The notes below the pieces were generated by a model. It searched no databases. It was not told where the DNA came from and saw only the letters and a program-made list of their open reading frames with translations. DNA of 64,000 nucleotides. Origin: the human T2T-CHM13v2.0 reference genome, Homo sapiens. A program made the position numbers and the translations under genes. Below are positions 16,712 to 41,594 of the stretch, in pieces; position 1 is the stretch's first letter; each line of letters opens with the position of its first letter. Where the stretch lies: assembly GCF_009914755.1 (NCBI RefSeq), contig NC_060943.1. The stretch is one strand, 5' to 3'.

Positions 16712-17030
16712 ACCAGACCATCCACGGCGGCTCATGCCTGTAATCCCAGCACATTGGGAGGCTAAGGTGGGAGGATACGTGGAGCCCAGGAGTTCAAGAC
16801 TACCCTGGGGGCTATATGGCGAGACATCTTTATTAAAAAATGATAATTAAAGTTTAAAAAGTAATATATATAACCACAGCCTGGACAACATACTGAGACC
16901 ATGTCTCTACTAAAAAAAATAGATAGATAGATAGATAGATAGATAGATGATAGATAGATAGGTAGATAGATAGAGCCAGGCACGGTGGCTCACGCCTGTA
17001 ATTCCAGCACTTTGGGGGCCAAGGCCTCAC
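16712..17030 (+). mobile_element. Old Alu monomer fragments plus (TAGA)n microsatellite (16920-16973)
   Basis: FLAM/AluJ-like left monomer, a second fragment, TAGA repeats and a short Alu head. The same arrangement is inverted at 41510-42180. Confidence 0.85.
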
Positions 17031-17083
17031 TCAAAAAGAAAAAAAAAAGAAGAAAAAAGAAATCTAAAACAACAGCAACTTCA

Positions 17084-17548
<465 letters not shown>

Positions 17549-17666
17549 CTACTCGGAGGCCGAAAAGAAAGGATTGCCTGGGTGAGCCCGGGAAGGTGGA
17601 GGTCGCAGTGAGCAGTAATCGCACCCTCTACTGGATCTTAGCGGTTCTGCAGCCGAGGAGAGCCAT

Positions 17667-17887
17667 CTGGTCCGTCTTAAATATTTCAAGCTGGTGGCCA
17701 AGTCCTACACTCTTGGCCGACATCTGGTGGACCCGGCGGCCGGACTGAGAAGCCAGCAGGTAGAGGCCCAGCGGATCCACCCTACAGGCCAAGGGTGGCG
17801 CTCGCGGCCTGAAGCTGTTTTTCTGGCATCTAAGTCGCCAACCTTCCTTCCCACCGCGCCCCCAACCCCCATCTGCTGATCGATGTG
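17667..17887 (-). terminator. Degenerate Pol I terminator (Sal-box-like) cluster, copy A
   Basis: Minus strand: CACATCGATCAGCAG (17873-17887), GGGTGGATCCG (17772-17782), GGGTCCACCAG (17724-17734), AGACGGACCAG (17667-17677), against human Sal box GGGTCGACCAG. Confidence 0.6.
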
Positions 17888-18974
17888 GGCGGTGGAAAGA
17901 GGAGCAAGGGCTCAAGCGCAGGGACTGCCCCCCCGGTGACCATCCCACCCGCGGGGTGGGAGAGGGCAGGGACCCAGACTGCCACCCCCGGGCCCTCACA
18001 GCCATACCTGGGATGGGGCCTGCCGGGCCACACCCCCGGACACCTGCAACTGAACCATCCATACCATGCTTCCCCAGCCCTATCCCAGCCGGTGGATCGA
18101 GCTGCCACCACCCCCACTCCCAGGAATGAGGGGAGGAGCCAGGAACCAGAGGGGTGGGAGGCCAAGCAGGGGAGCCCCCCAACCCAAGGCACCCACCACG
18201 CAGCACGCCGTCCCTTTCGGCGCTCGGAAAGCCCTCGGGCGAACCCCTCCCGAGCCCACCCCTCCCGGGACCTCAGAAGATGGCTCAGGACGGCCCCTGA
18301 CTCTCCATGGGGACTTGGGAATAAACTCGGCAGGCGCCTCAGACAGTCGGGACCAGCGTGGGCGTCCCTGGCCCCCTGCGTCAGGCCTGGTGGGTCCTGC
18401 GGGTCGGGCCTCGGCAGTTGCAGTGCGCTTGGGATCAGCCGGGGCAGCCCCACACTCGGCTCGGGCTGGGAGCGCGGGGACAGCCTCCCAAGCCACAGCC
18501 CTGCGCGCCCGACCTCCGACTCACAAGGGACGCGCCAGAGCTCTGGTCCCATTGAGACAGTTCAGCTGAAGGCTGCGGGCCTTCCCGAGCTCCGCCCAGC
18601 TCACAGCGGGGACGGTCCCTCCCTCGGCAGCTGCCGCTGGAGCTCCGGAGGACAAGAGAACTTAGAGAGGTGGCCTCAGTGGAGCCCGACAACCAGCGCG
18701 AACGTCAACAAGACAGATCGAGATGGCAAGGGCAGCTCGTGGGCGAAATGGATCCACCCGACCCCAGAAATGATCCCCGATACGTGGCTCTGCATAGACC
18801 ACGACAGAGTCCAGTCAAAGACAACCCGTGGGTGTGGGTGTTTGCAGATGCTTGGAGATGCATCTCAGCGGGAGAAAGAATGACCAGGACTCGGTAGTGG
18901 GTGGTTTAGGACACAGGGAGATACAGAATGAGGAGACTGTCCCAGAATCCACACAAAGACGGACAGACGACGAA

Positions 18975-19630
<656 letters not shown>

Positions 19631-19649
19631 ACATCTCTAAAAGAATAAT

Positions 19650-19846
19650 AGGCGGGGCATCGTGGCTCATGCCTGTAATCCTAGCACTTTGGGAAGTCCA
19701 GGTGGGTGGCTCATGAAGTCAAGAGATCAGGACCATCCTGGCCAACATGGTGAAACCTCATCTCTACTAAAAATGCAAAAATTTGCTGGGCATCGTGGTG
19801 CGTGCCTGCAGTCCCAGCTACTTGGGAGGCTGAGGCAGGAGAATCA
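19650..19846 (+). mobile_element. 3'-truncated Alu
   Basis: Alu stops abruptly at GGCAGGAGAATCAC with no tail. Confidence 0.88.
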
Positions 19847-20003
19847 CACATACACACAAAACCTGCTGCCTCAGGCTTTAAACACACACGTTTTCTGTAA
19901 TCCAGGCTCATTTGATTGTGAGGGCTGTTGTCAGAAATGTTACTAAGAGAGGAATATGCATAAATTAGATCACATTTAAGGTTATGCTTATAATGCCACT
20001 TGA

Positions 20004-22217
<2,214 letters not shown>

Positions 22218-22289
22218 TAATTAGCAGTAATTGCCCGGGTCAGTGACACCTCCTACTTGAGCCTCTTTCCCTGTCCATAAAATGCACTA

Positions 22290-22930
22290 ATACTGGGGTG
22301 GGTGGGATTGGGAGGTGGGTCCTGGAGCTCCATCCAATCAGTGGCACTGGTGTAGGAACCGCCCGATCAGGCGCGCAGTTGGAGAGGAGGGCGTGGCTTC
22401 CGGCATTTGGCGGGCTCTTTGTCTCTCGCTCCCGCCAGAGCTTGGGATCGGTCTTCACTGTTCCGCGTCCTCTACCTGGGAACCACCGACCCCCGCCCGG
22501 CGACTTTGTCACAGACTCTGTTGCCCTGTGATCTGCAGGTCCTGGGAGACGCACAGCCAAGATGCCAGGGCACCCTGGAAGCTGTGAAGTGGTGCGTATG
22601 CGGGGTTGGGCATCCCTTGAGGCGAGAGCGGGCTGTGAAACCTGCAGGACCGGCCTCCCCACAGTCCGCTCCCGGGTCCGCCGACCTCAGTCCTCTCTGG
22701 CGCAGCTCGGCCCCAGGCGTCTCTGGCCGCAAGATGGCGGCTGGGCCCGCGGCCGGGACCCCCAGCGTCTCGCCGCGTCCCTGCTGGGCGCCCTGTCTGG
22801 ACCTCCCTGGGCAGCTCTGCGCCCGCAGCCCCGAGTATTTCCCAGAGTGCTTAGGGATGCCAGGCGGGTCATCAGGGTAGAATCCCGACTAGGTGTGTGC
22901 GTGGGAGGAGCTGCGACCCGTGGGGTTCCC
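22290..22930 (+). promoter_or_regulatory. KRAB-ZNF (ZNF91-family type) CpG-island promoter
   Basis: CCAATCAG (~22334); GGCGTGGCTTCCGG (GC/ETS box, ~22390-22403) followed by TTTGGCGG (E2F-like); consensus YY1 site CAAGATGGCGGC at 22730-22741; CpG-rich. Confidence 0.85.
22562..22591 (+). CDS. ZNF730: Coding end of a ZNF91-family exon 1 (MPGHPGSCEV, phase-0 donor GTGCGT); exon ~22410-22591; orphan or upstream alternative first exon
   Basis: The 5'UTR (CTGTGATCTGCAGGTCCTGGGAGACGCACAGCCAAG-ATG) and peptide match the MPGxPGSxEM|gt first exon of ZNF91-family genes. The ZNF730 name is tentative: it rests on my recollection that ZNF730 has an upstream TSS ~42 kb before its main promoter, which matches the spacing to the promoter-like flank at the window end. 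Confidence 0.55.
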
Positions 22931-22944
22931 AAGCTTTCCTGTTA

Positions 22945-23090
22945 TTTTTTTTTTCTTTTCTTTTTAGACAGTCTCGCTCTGTCGCTAAGGTAAAGTGCAG
23001 TGGTGTGACCTCGGTTTCTGTAAGCTCCGTCTCCCAGGGTCAAGCCTCCCAAAGTGCCGGGATTACAGGGTTGAGCCACCGCGCCTGGCC
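22945..23090 (-). mobile_element. Internally deleted Alu
   Basis: Right-arm start joined to left-arm end. Confidence 0.8.
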
Positions 23091-23917
23091 TAATATATTA
23101 ATTTATAAGAAATGCATTCGAGTTGGGTTTTAGATTTTTTAAATTTATGAACACAGGGGACTAGAGCCACTTTAGTCTAATTTCCTGCTGTTTAATTATT
23201 TTAACACTCCACAGAGGACTCGTTTTCCTCTGTGCCTTCCTAATGTGTGGCAAGCAGGGCTCTAATCCACTTTTTTCCCTTAGCCTAACTCAGGCTTGCA
23301 GTAAAATTATAAATTTCCACTTTTGTTCCTACATTCTCAAATGTGGGATATGAGACCAACTTCCCCTGTCCAGTTTACGACACTATCAACTATTTGTCCT
23401 TTATTGTACATTAGAGACACGGTATTTTAATTGTTAATCATGATTTTACACAGCAGTGGATGGTGGCAGGTTTTTAAAGATTTGTTTTCTGTCTATAAAC
23501 ATTTCACATGAGAAAAATGTAGAAAATAATCCTCTGTCACTCCACTGTAAAAAATAAAAATAAAAATTATCTCTGCCTCTCCCACTTTTATCTTCCCTAG
23601 GTACACACACCTTATTAGTACGTCTTCGGGTTGAAGTTTTGCTTTGGAGAAATTACAGGGCCCTTTACAGCAGCCCTCTGGTCTTTTCTTGGTCATGAGT
23701 TTCAGAACTGTCTTAACCAACCCAGGATGCCCGTAGTGACCATATCTCTTGGAGTGTCTAATGAATATCATCCCCTGGGTCATTTCTTAGAGGGCAGCCT
23801 GAGGAATGGGAGTATAGCCTCTCAGAGGAGCAACTGGGTGGTCTGGGCCTGAGGACAGTCTCCTGGTATACCATTTGTCTAAAAAGCTACCTCTTAGAAC
23901 ATTAAGATTTTTTTGGT

Positions 23918-24510
23918 CAAAGGAATGCTTAGGCACCACTGGTGGGAGTTTAAATCAGTTCACCTATTGTCGACAGTGTGGCCATTCCTCAGAGACCTAG
24001 AGAAAGCAATACCATTCAACCTAGCAATCCAGTTATTGGGTATATACCCAAAATAATATAAATCATTCTACTATAAAGACACGTGCATGTGTATATTCAT
24101 TGCAGCACAATTCACAATAGCAAAGACATGGAGTCAAGCTGAATGCCTATCAATGATAGACTCAATAAAGAAAATGTGGTACATATACACCATGGGATAT
24201 TGTGCAGCTATAAAAAAAATGAGATCATGTCTTTCGGAGGAATGTGGATGGAGCTGTAGGCTGTTATCCTTAGCAAAGTAACACAGGAACAGAAAACTAA
24301 ATACCACATATTCTCACTTTAAAGTGAAAGTTGAATGATGGGAACACATGGACACAGAGGGGAACAATCCATACTGGGGTCTATTGGAAGGAGGAGGGAG
24401 AGGAACAAAAAAAGTAATTAATGGGTACTAGGTTTCATACCTGGGTGATGAAATAATCTTCACAACAAACCCCCATAACACACCTATGTAAAAAATGTGC
24501 ATAGGTAAAA
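23918..24510 (+). mobile_element. L1 3' end (old primate L1PA/L1PB-type)
   Basis: ORF2 C-terminal and 3'UTR motifs: GCAATCCAGTTATTGGGTATATACCCAA, AAGAAAATGTGGTACATATACACCATGG. Confidence 0.9.
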
Positions 24511-24514
24511 ATGT

Positions 24515-24625
24515 GTCTCAAACTCCTGACCTCAGGTGATCTGCCCGCCTTGGCCTCCCAATGTGCTGGGATTACAGGTGTAGGTTTTTTAAAAATTTAG
24601 GTAGCTTTTCCCATAATTCCCTAAG

Positions 24626-24659
<34 letters not shown>

Positions 24660-24944
24660 AGATGGCGTTTCACTCTGTCACCCAGGCTGGAGTGCAGTAG
24701 CAGTGTCTTGGCTCACTGCAACCTCCAACTCCTGGGTTAAAGCAATCCTCCTGCCTTAGCCTCCCGAGTAGCTGGGATTATAGGCATGTGCCAGCCAACA
24801 CACCCGGCTAATTTTTGTATTTTTAGTAGAGATAGGGCTTCATCATGTTGGCCAGGCTGGTCTTGAACTCCTGATGTCAAGTGATCTGACCGCCTCAGCC
24901 TCCCAAAGTGCTGGGGTTACAGGCGTGAGGCACCACGCCCAGTC
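24515..24944 (-). mobile_element. Alu fragment (24515-24580) and full Alu (24628-24944)
   Basis: Reverse-complement Alu with a long poly-T. Confidence 0.92.
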
Positions 24945-24946
24945 TG

Positions 24947-25968
24947 TGTGGGGAAAAGAGAGATCAGACTGTTACTGTGTCTGTGTAGAAAGAAGTAGGC
25001 ATAAGAGACTCCATTTTGCTCTGTACTAAGAAAAATTCTTCTGCCTTGAGATGCTATTAATCTGTAACCCTACCCCCAACCCTGTGCTCACAGAGACAAG
25101 TGCTGTGTTAACTCAAGGTTTAATGGATTTAGGGCTATGCAGGATGTGCTTTGTTAAACAAGTGCTTAAAGGCAGTATGCTTGTTAAAGTCATCACCAGT
25201 CTCTAATCTCAAGTACCCAGGGACACAATACACTGCTGAAGGCCGCAGGGACCTCTGCCTAGGAAAGCCAGGTATTGTCCAAGGTTTTTCCCCATGTGAT
25301 AGTCTGAGATATGGCCTCATGGGAAGGGAAAGACCTGACCGTCCCCCAGCCTGACATGGGTAAAGGGTCTGTCCTGAGGAGGATTAGTAAAAGAGGAAGA
25401 CCTCTTTGCAGTTGAGATAAGAGGAAGGCATCTGTCTCCAGGCATGTGTCTTTATAGTAGAATATAGTAGAATGATTTATATTATTCCCGGAGAGTGATT
25501 TATATTATTCCCTGGGCAATGGAATGTCTCGGTGTAAAACCCGATTGTATGTTCCATATACTGAGATAGGAGAAAACTGCCTTAAGGCTGCAGGTGAGAC
25601 ATGCTGGCGGCACTACTCTTTAATGCACCAGAGATGTTTATGTATGTGCACATCAAAGTACAGCACCTTTTCTAACCTTGTTTATGACACAGAGATATTT
25701 GTTCACGTGTTTTCCTGCTGACCCTCTCCCCACTATTACCCTATTGTCCTGGAACATCCCCCTCTCTTGAGATGGTAGAGATAATGATCAATAAATACTG
25801 AGGGAACTCAGAGACCGGTGCTGGCACGGGTCCTCCACATGCTGAGCGCCGCCCCTGGGCCCACTTTTCTTTCTCTATACTTTGTCTCTGTGTCTCTTTC
25901 TTTTCTCAGTCTCTCGTCCCACCCGACGAGAAACACCCACAGGTGTGGAGGGGCAGGCCACCCCTTCA
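24947..25968 (+). mobile_element. HERV-K(HML-2) solo LTR, LTR5A/LTR5B type
   Basis: Starts TGTGGGGAAAAG and ends GGGGCAGGCCACCCCTTCA (not the LTR5_Hs end); TSD GTCTG on both sides; AATAAA near 25790. Confidence 0.95.
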
Positions 25969-25981
25969 GTCTGAAGAATAA

Positions 25982-31570
<5,589 letters not shown>

Positions 31571-32581
31571 TTTAAAAAAAATGTATAAAAAGTATTGCCT
31601 AGACAAGTGGCAGATTACATTTTAGAAACAAAACCATCTTTGAAAATACTGGCCGATTCTTCTTTAAAACGTACAAATAGGTCTTTTAAAAAAACTTAAG
31701 TTCAGGGGTACAAGTGTACGTTTGTTGCACTGGTAAACATGTGTCATATGGGTTTGTTGTAAAGATTAAGCCTAAGTACCCATTAGTTATTTTTCCTGAT
31801 CCTTTTCCTCCTCCAACCTTCCACCCTCTGAAAGGCCCCAGTGTGTGCTGTTCCCCTCTGTGTGTCCATGTGTTCTCATTATTTACCTCCCACTTATAAA
31901 TGAGAACATGCAGTATTTGGTTTTCTATTCCTGTGTTAGTTTGCTAGGGATAATGGCCTCCAGCTCTGTCCACATGCCTGCAAAGGACATGATCTCATTC
32001 TTTTTTATGGCTGCATAGTATTTCATGGTGTATATGTACCACATTTTTCTTTATCCAGTCTATCATTAATGGACATTTCAGTTGATTTCATGTCTTTGCT
32101 ATGGTGAATAGTGCTGCAGTGAACATACACGTGAATGTGTGTTTATAATAGAAGAATTTATATTCTTTTAGCTATATACCCAGTAATGAAATTACTGGTC
32201 AAATGTTATTTCTGTCTTTAGGTCTTTAAAAAATCACCACACTGTCTTCAACCTTAGCTGAACAAATTTACACTCCCACCAACAGAGTATAAGCATTTCT
32301 TTTCCTCCACAACCTCGTCAGCATCTGTTATTATTTTGCTTTTTTAAAATAGCCATTCTGACTAAGGTGAGATGGTATCTCATTGTGGTTTTGATTTGCA
32401 TTTCTCTAATCGGTGATGTTGAGCTTTCTTTCAGATGATTTTGATCACACATAAGTCTTCTTTTTAAAGGCTCATGTCCTTTTAAAGGTTCGTGTCCTTT
32501 ACCCACCTTTGTTTGTTTTTTTTCTTTTTAAAGGATCATGTCCTTTACCCATCTTTTTTTGCTTTTTTTCTTTTTTTTTAA

Positions 32582-32779
<198 letters not shown>

Positions 32780-34391
32780 TGATCTTGGCTGCAACTTCCA
32801 CCTCCCAGATTGAAGCGATTCTCCTGCCTCTGCCTCTCTAGTAGATGGGATTACAGGCTCCCACCACCAAGTTTGGCTAATTATTTTTTTGTATTTTTAG
32901 TAGAGATAGGGTTTCACCATGTTGACCAGGCTAGTCTCGAACTGCTGACCTCAGGTGGTCCACCCGCCTTTGTCTCCAAAAGTGATGATTACTGATGTGA
33001 GCCACCGCACCCAGACCTATTTCACCCAATTTTTTTTTCTTTTTTTTTTTTTTTTTTTTTTTTTTTGAGATGGAGTCTCGCTCTGTCACCCAGGCTGGAG
33101 TGCGGTGGCACGATCTCGGCTCACTGCAGCCTCCGCCTCCCAGGTTCAAGCAATTCTCTGCTTCAGCCTCCTGAGTAGTTGGGATTACAGGCGCCTGCCA
33201 CCATGTCCAGCTAATTTTTGTATTTTTAATAGAGACGGGGTTTCACCGTCGTGGCCAGGCTGGTCTGGAATTCCTGACCTCATGATCCACCCGCCTTGGC
33301 CTCCCAAAGTGCTGTGATTACAGGCGTGAGCCGCCTTGCCCGGCCCCACCCAATTTTTAATGGAGTTGTTTATGTCTTGTAAATTTGTTTCTTCTAGCTG
33401 CTGGATATTAGACCTTTGACGGATGCATAGTTTGCAAAAATTTTCTCCCATACCGTAGGTTCTGTTTACTCTGTTCATAGTTTCTTTTGCTTTGCAGAAG
33501 CTCTTTAGTTTAATTAGATTTTACTTATTTATTTATTTATTGTGATTGCTTTGGCATCTTTGTAATGAAGTCTTTGCCTGTGCCTATGTCCTGAATCATG
33601 TTACCTAGGTTGTCTTTCAGGGTTTTTATAGTTTTGGGTTTTTCATTTAAGTTTGTAATCCATCTTGAGTTAGTTTTTGTATAGGGTGTAAGGAAAGGAT
33701 CAAGTTTTAATTTTCTGCAAATGGCTAGCCAGTTTATTTATTGAAGAGAAAATTCTTTGCTCATTGCTTTTGTCAGCTTTGTCAAAGGTCAGATGGTTGT
33801 AGGTGTGCAGCTTAATTTCTGGCCCTCTATTCTGTTCCATTGGTCTGTTTCTGTTCTTGTACCAGTACCATGCTGTTTTAGTTTCTGGAGCCCTGTAGTA
33901 TAGTTGAAAGTCGGGTAGTGTGATGCCTCCAGCTTTGCTATTATTTGTGTTTAGGATTGTCATGCCTATTCAGGGTGTTTTTTGGAAAGTTTCATATGAA
34001 TTTTAAAATAATTTTTTTCTAATTCTGTGAGAATGTCAATGCTTGTTTAATGGGAAAAGCATCGAATCTATAAATTGCTTTGGGCAGTATGGCCATTTTA
34101 GTGATATGGATTCTTATTATTCATAAGCATGGAAAGTTTTTCCATTTGTGTCATTTCTGATACCTTTGAGCAGTGGTTTGTAGTTCTCCTTGTAGAGATC
34201 TTTCACCTCCCTTGTTAGCTGTATTCCTAGGCATTTTATCTTTTTTGTGGCAACTGTGAATGTGAGTTTGTTCGTGATTTGGCTCTCAGCTTGACTGTCA
34301 TTAATGTAAAAAAATGCTAGTAATTTTTGGCTGGGTGCAGTGGCTCATGCCTATAATCCCAGCACTTTGGGAGGCCCAGGCAGTTGGATCA

Positions 34392-35115
<724 letters not shown>

Positions 35116-35833
35116 TAGATGCCCTTTATTTCTTTCTCTTTTCTTGTTACCCGGACCAGAAGTTCCAATATTATGTTGAATAGGAGTGATGAAAGAGGGC
35201 ATCCTTGTCTAGTTTTAGTTTTTGTTTGTTTGGTTTTTTGAGAGGGAGTCTCACCCTATCACCCAGGCTGGAGTGCAGTGGTGCGATCTTGGCTCACTGG
35301 AACCTCCGCCTCCCGGGTTCAAGCAATTCTCCCTGCCTCAGCCTCCCGAGCAGCTGGGATTACAGGTGCCCACCACCACGCCTGGCTAATTTTTGTATTT
35401 TTAGTAGAGATGTGGTTTCACCATGTTGGCCAGGCTGGTCTTGAACACCTGACCTCAGGTGATCTGCCCGCCTTGGCCTCCCAAAGTGGTGGGATTACAG
35501 GTGTGAGCCACGCACCCAGCCTAGTTTTAGTTTTCAACGAGAATGTTTCCAGTTTTTGCCCATTCAGTATAATGTTGGCTGTGGGTTTGTCATAGATGTC
35601 TTTTAGTATTTTGAGATATATTTTTTCAATACCTTGTTTATTGAGAGGGGTTTTTTTGTTTGTTTGTTTTTTGTTTTTCTCCAGATGGTGTCTCACTCTG
35701 TCTCTCCAGCACCTAGGCTGGAGTGCAATGGCATGATCTCAGTGCAGCCTCCACCTACTGGGCTCAAGAGATTCTCCCACCTCAGCCTCCCGAGTAGCTG
35801 GGACTACAGGCGTGTGCTACCACGCCTGGCTAA

Positions 35834-35980
<147 letters not shown>

Positions 35981-36094
35981 TAACATGAATGGATGTTGAA
36001 GTGTATTGAAAGTTTTTTATGCATCTATTGAAATGATCATGTGGTTTTGTTCCTTTTTGTTTGTTGGTTGGTTGGTGGGTTGGTTGGTTTTTGA

Positions 36095-36253
<159 letters not shown>

Positions 36254-36598
36254 TAGTAGAGAGGGGGTTTCTCCATGTTGGTCAGGCTGGTCTCGAACTC
36301 TCGACCTCAGGCGATCCACCTGGCTCGACCTCCCAAGTGTTGGGCTTACAGGCGTGAGCCACCGCGCCTGGCTGATTATGTGGTTTTTGTCTTTAGTTCT
36401 GTTATATGATGCATCGTATTTCTTTTTTCCTATTTATTTTTTTCTGTCTCCCAGGCTGGAGTGTAGTGGTGTGATCTCGGCTTCTGGCAACCTTTGTCTC
36501 CTAGGTTCAAGCAATTCTCCTGCCTCAGTCCCAAGTAGCTGGGACTACAGGTGGGCGCCTCCATGCCCTGCTAATTTTTGTATTTTTAGTAGAGACAG

Positions 36599-39929
<3,331 letters not shown>

Positions 39930-40565
39930 TAATATTTCTTAATTTCAGTATGTTCAACCAACCTTGCATTTCAGAGATGAAGCCTACCTGATTCTGGTGG
40001 ATAAGTTTTTTCATTTGCTGCTGAATTTGGTTTGCCAGTATTTTGTTGAAATTTTTTGCATCACTGTTCATCAAAGATACTTACCTGAAGCTTTCTTTTT
40101 TTGTTGTACTCTGTTGGGTTTTGGTGTGAAGATTGTCCTGGCCTCATAGAATGAGTTAGGGAGAAGTCCCTTCTCCTCAATTGTTTTTTTGTTTTTGTTT
40201 TTGTTTTTTTGAGACAAAACAAAACTCTTGTCACCCAGGCTGGAGTGGAATGGTGTGATTTCAGCTCACTGTAACCTCCGCCTCCCGGGTTCAAGTGATT
40301 CTTCTGCCTCAGCCTCTTACAGGCACACGCCACTAGGCCCAGCTAATTTTGTATTTTTAGTAGATACAGGACTTCGCCCTGTTAGCCAGGCTGTTCTCGA
40401 ACTCCTGATCTCAGGTGATCCACTCGCCTTGGCCTCCCAAAGTGCTAGGATTACAGGCATGAGCCACTGCGCCCAGCCTGTCGTTAATTTTTTGAAAGAA
40501 TTTCAGTAGAAACTGTACCAGCTCTTCTTTTTACATCTGGTGGAATTCAACTGTGAATCTTTCTT

Positions 40566-41500
40566 CCCATGGGGACTCAGGGACCATCCTGTGTCATCTT
40601 CTGAGGGCCCGGAAGGGGTTTGCCTGTGGGCTTTCTAATTGCCGGAAGGGACGGCATGCTGCATGGTGGGTGCCCCTGCTGTGGGTTAGGGGGTACCCCT
40701 GCTTGGCATCCCGCCCCTCTGGTTCCTGCTTCCCCCCCTCATTCTTGGGGGTGGGGGTGGTGGCAGCTTGATCCCCGGGCTGGGACAGGGCTGGGGGAGC
40801 CTGGTGTGGATGGCTGAGGCACTGGTGTCTGGGGATGTGGCCCAGCAGGCTCCATCCCAGGTAAGGCCCTGAGGGCCCAGAGGTAGCCGTCTTGGTCCCA
40901 GCCCTCTCCCACCCCAGGGGTAGGGTGGTCACTAAGGGGCAGTCCCTGCACTTGAGCCCTTCCTCCTCTTTCCACCACCTACGGTTGATCAACAGACGGG
41001 GTCAGGGGCATGGTGGGAAGGAAGGTTGGCAACTTAGATACCAGAGGAACAGCTTCAGGCCACGAGCGCCTCCCTTGGCCTGTAGGGTGGACCCGCTGTG
41101 CCTCTGCCAGTTGGCTTTTCCTTCTGTCTGCCAGGTCCACCAGATGTTTGCCAAGAGTGTAGGACTTGGCCACCAGCTTGAAGTGTTTCAGGTGGACCAG
41201 AGGGCTCTCGCCGGGGTCAGAACTGCTTAGATCCAGCAGAGGGTGCGATTGTGGCTCACTGCTACCTCCATCTTCCCAGGCTTACCGAGGCGATCCTCCC
41301 ATTTTGGTCTCCCAAGTGGCTGCGGCTCTGGGGATCTTTCTGTTTTGTTTTGTTTTGTTTTTTTCCCTAGGCCCACTTCAAGTTTGTTTCCACAGTACAT
41401 TGAATTGCTGTTTTTTTTTTCTTTCTTTTCTCTCTGTTATGCTCCTTCCTGCATACTGAAGTTCCTGTTATTTTAGATTTTTTCTTTTCTTTTTTTTTTT
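40566..41500 (+). pseudogene. rDNA-derived relic, copy B (3'ETS and Sal-box terminator region), CpG-decayed
   Basis: Reverse-complement paralog of 17040-18310. Sal-like boxes: CGGTTGATCAA (40982), GGGTGGACCCG (41085), AGGTCCACCAG (41133), AGGTGGACCAG (41190). Confidence 0.8.
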
Positions 41501-41559
41501 TAAATCAGGCTTTGGCTCCCAAAGTGCTGGAATTACAGGTGTGAGCCACCATGCCTGGC

Positions 41560-41594
<35 letters not shown>

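Noticed and set aside
18660-18695. Intact rDNA-type CTCF site
   Set aside because: The rDNA motif I recall (CCGCCAGATGGAGCCC) reads GCCTCAGTGGAGCCC here, which is too degenerate to call without ChIP data.
17885-18883. 332-aa ORF and overlapping 138-240-aa ORFs
   Set aside because: Expected by chance in very GC-rich DNA. They have low-complexity G/P/R/S composition, no recognisable domain, are open on both strands, and the longest begins at a non-ATG codon.
22562-22993. 143-aa ORF as a single-exon protein
   Set aside because: It reads through the canonical exon-1 donor at 22592 into GC-rich intron and Alu sequence.
40777-40797. Canonical G-quadruplex motif GGGCTGGGACAGGGCTGGGGG
   Set aside because: Present, but the first G-run is not conserved in copy A and such motifs are common in GC-rich rDNA-like DNA.
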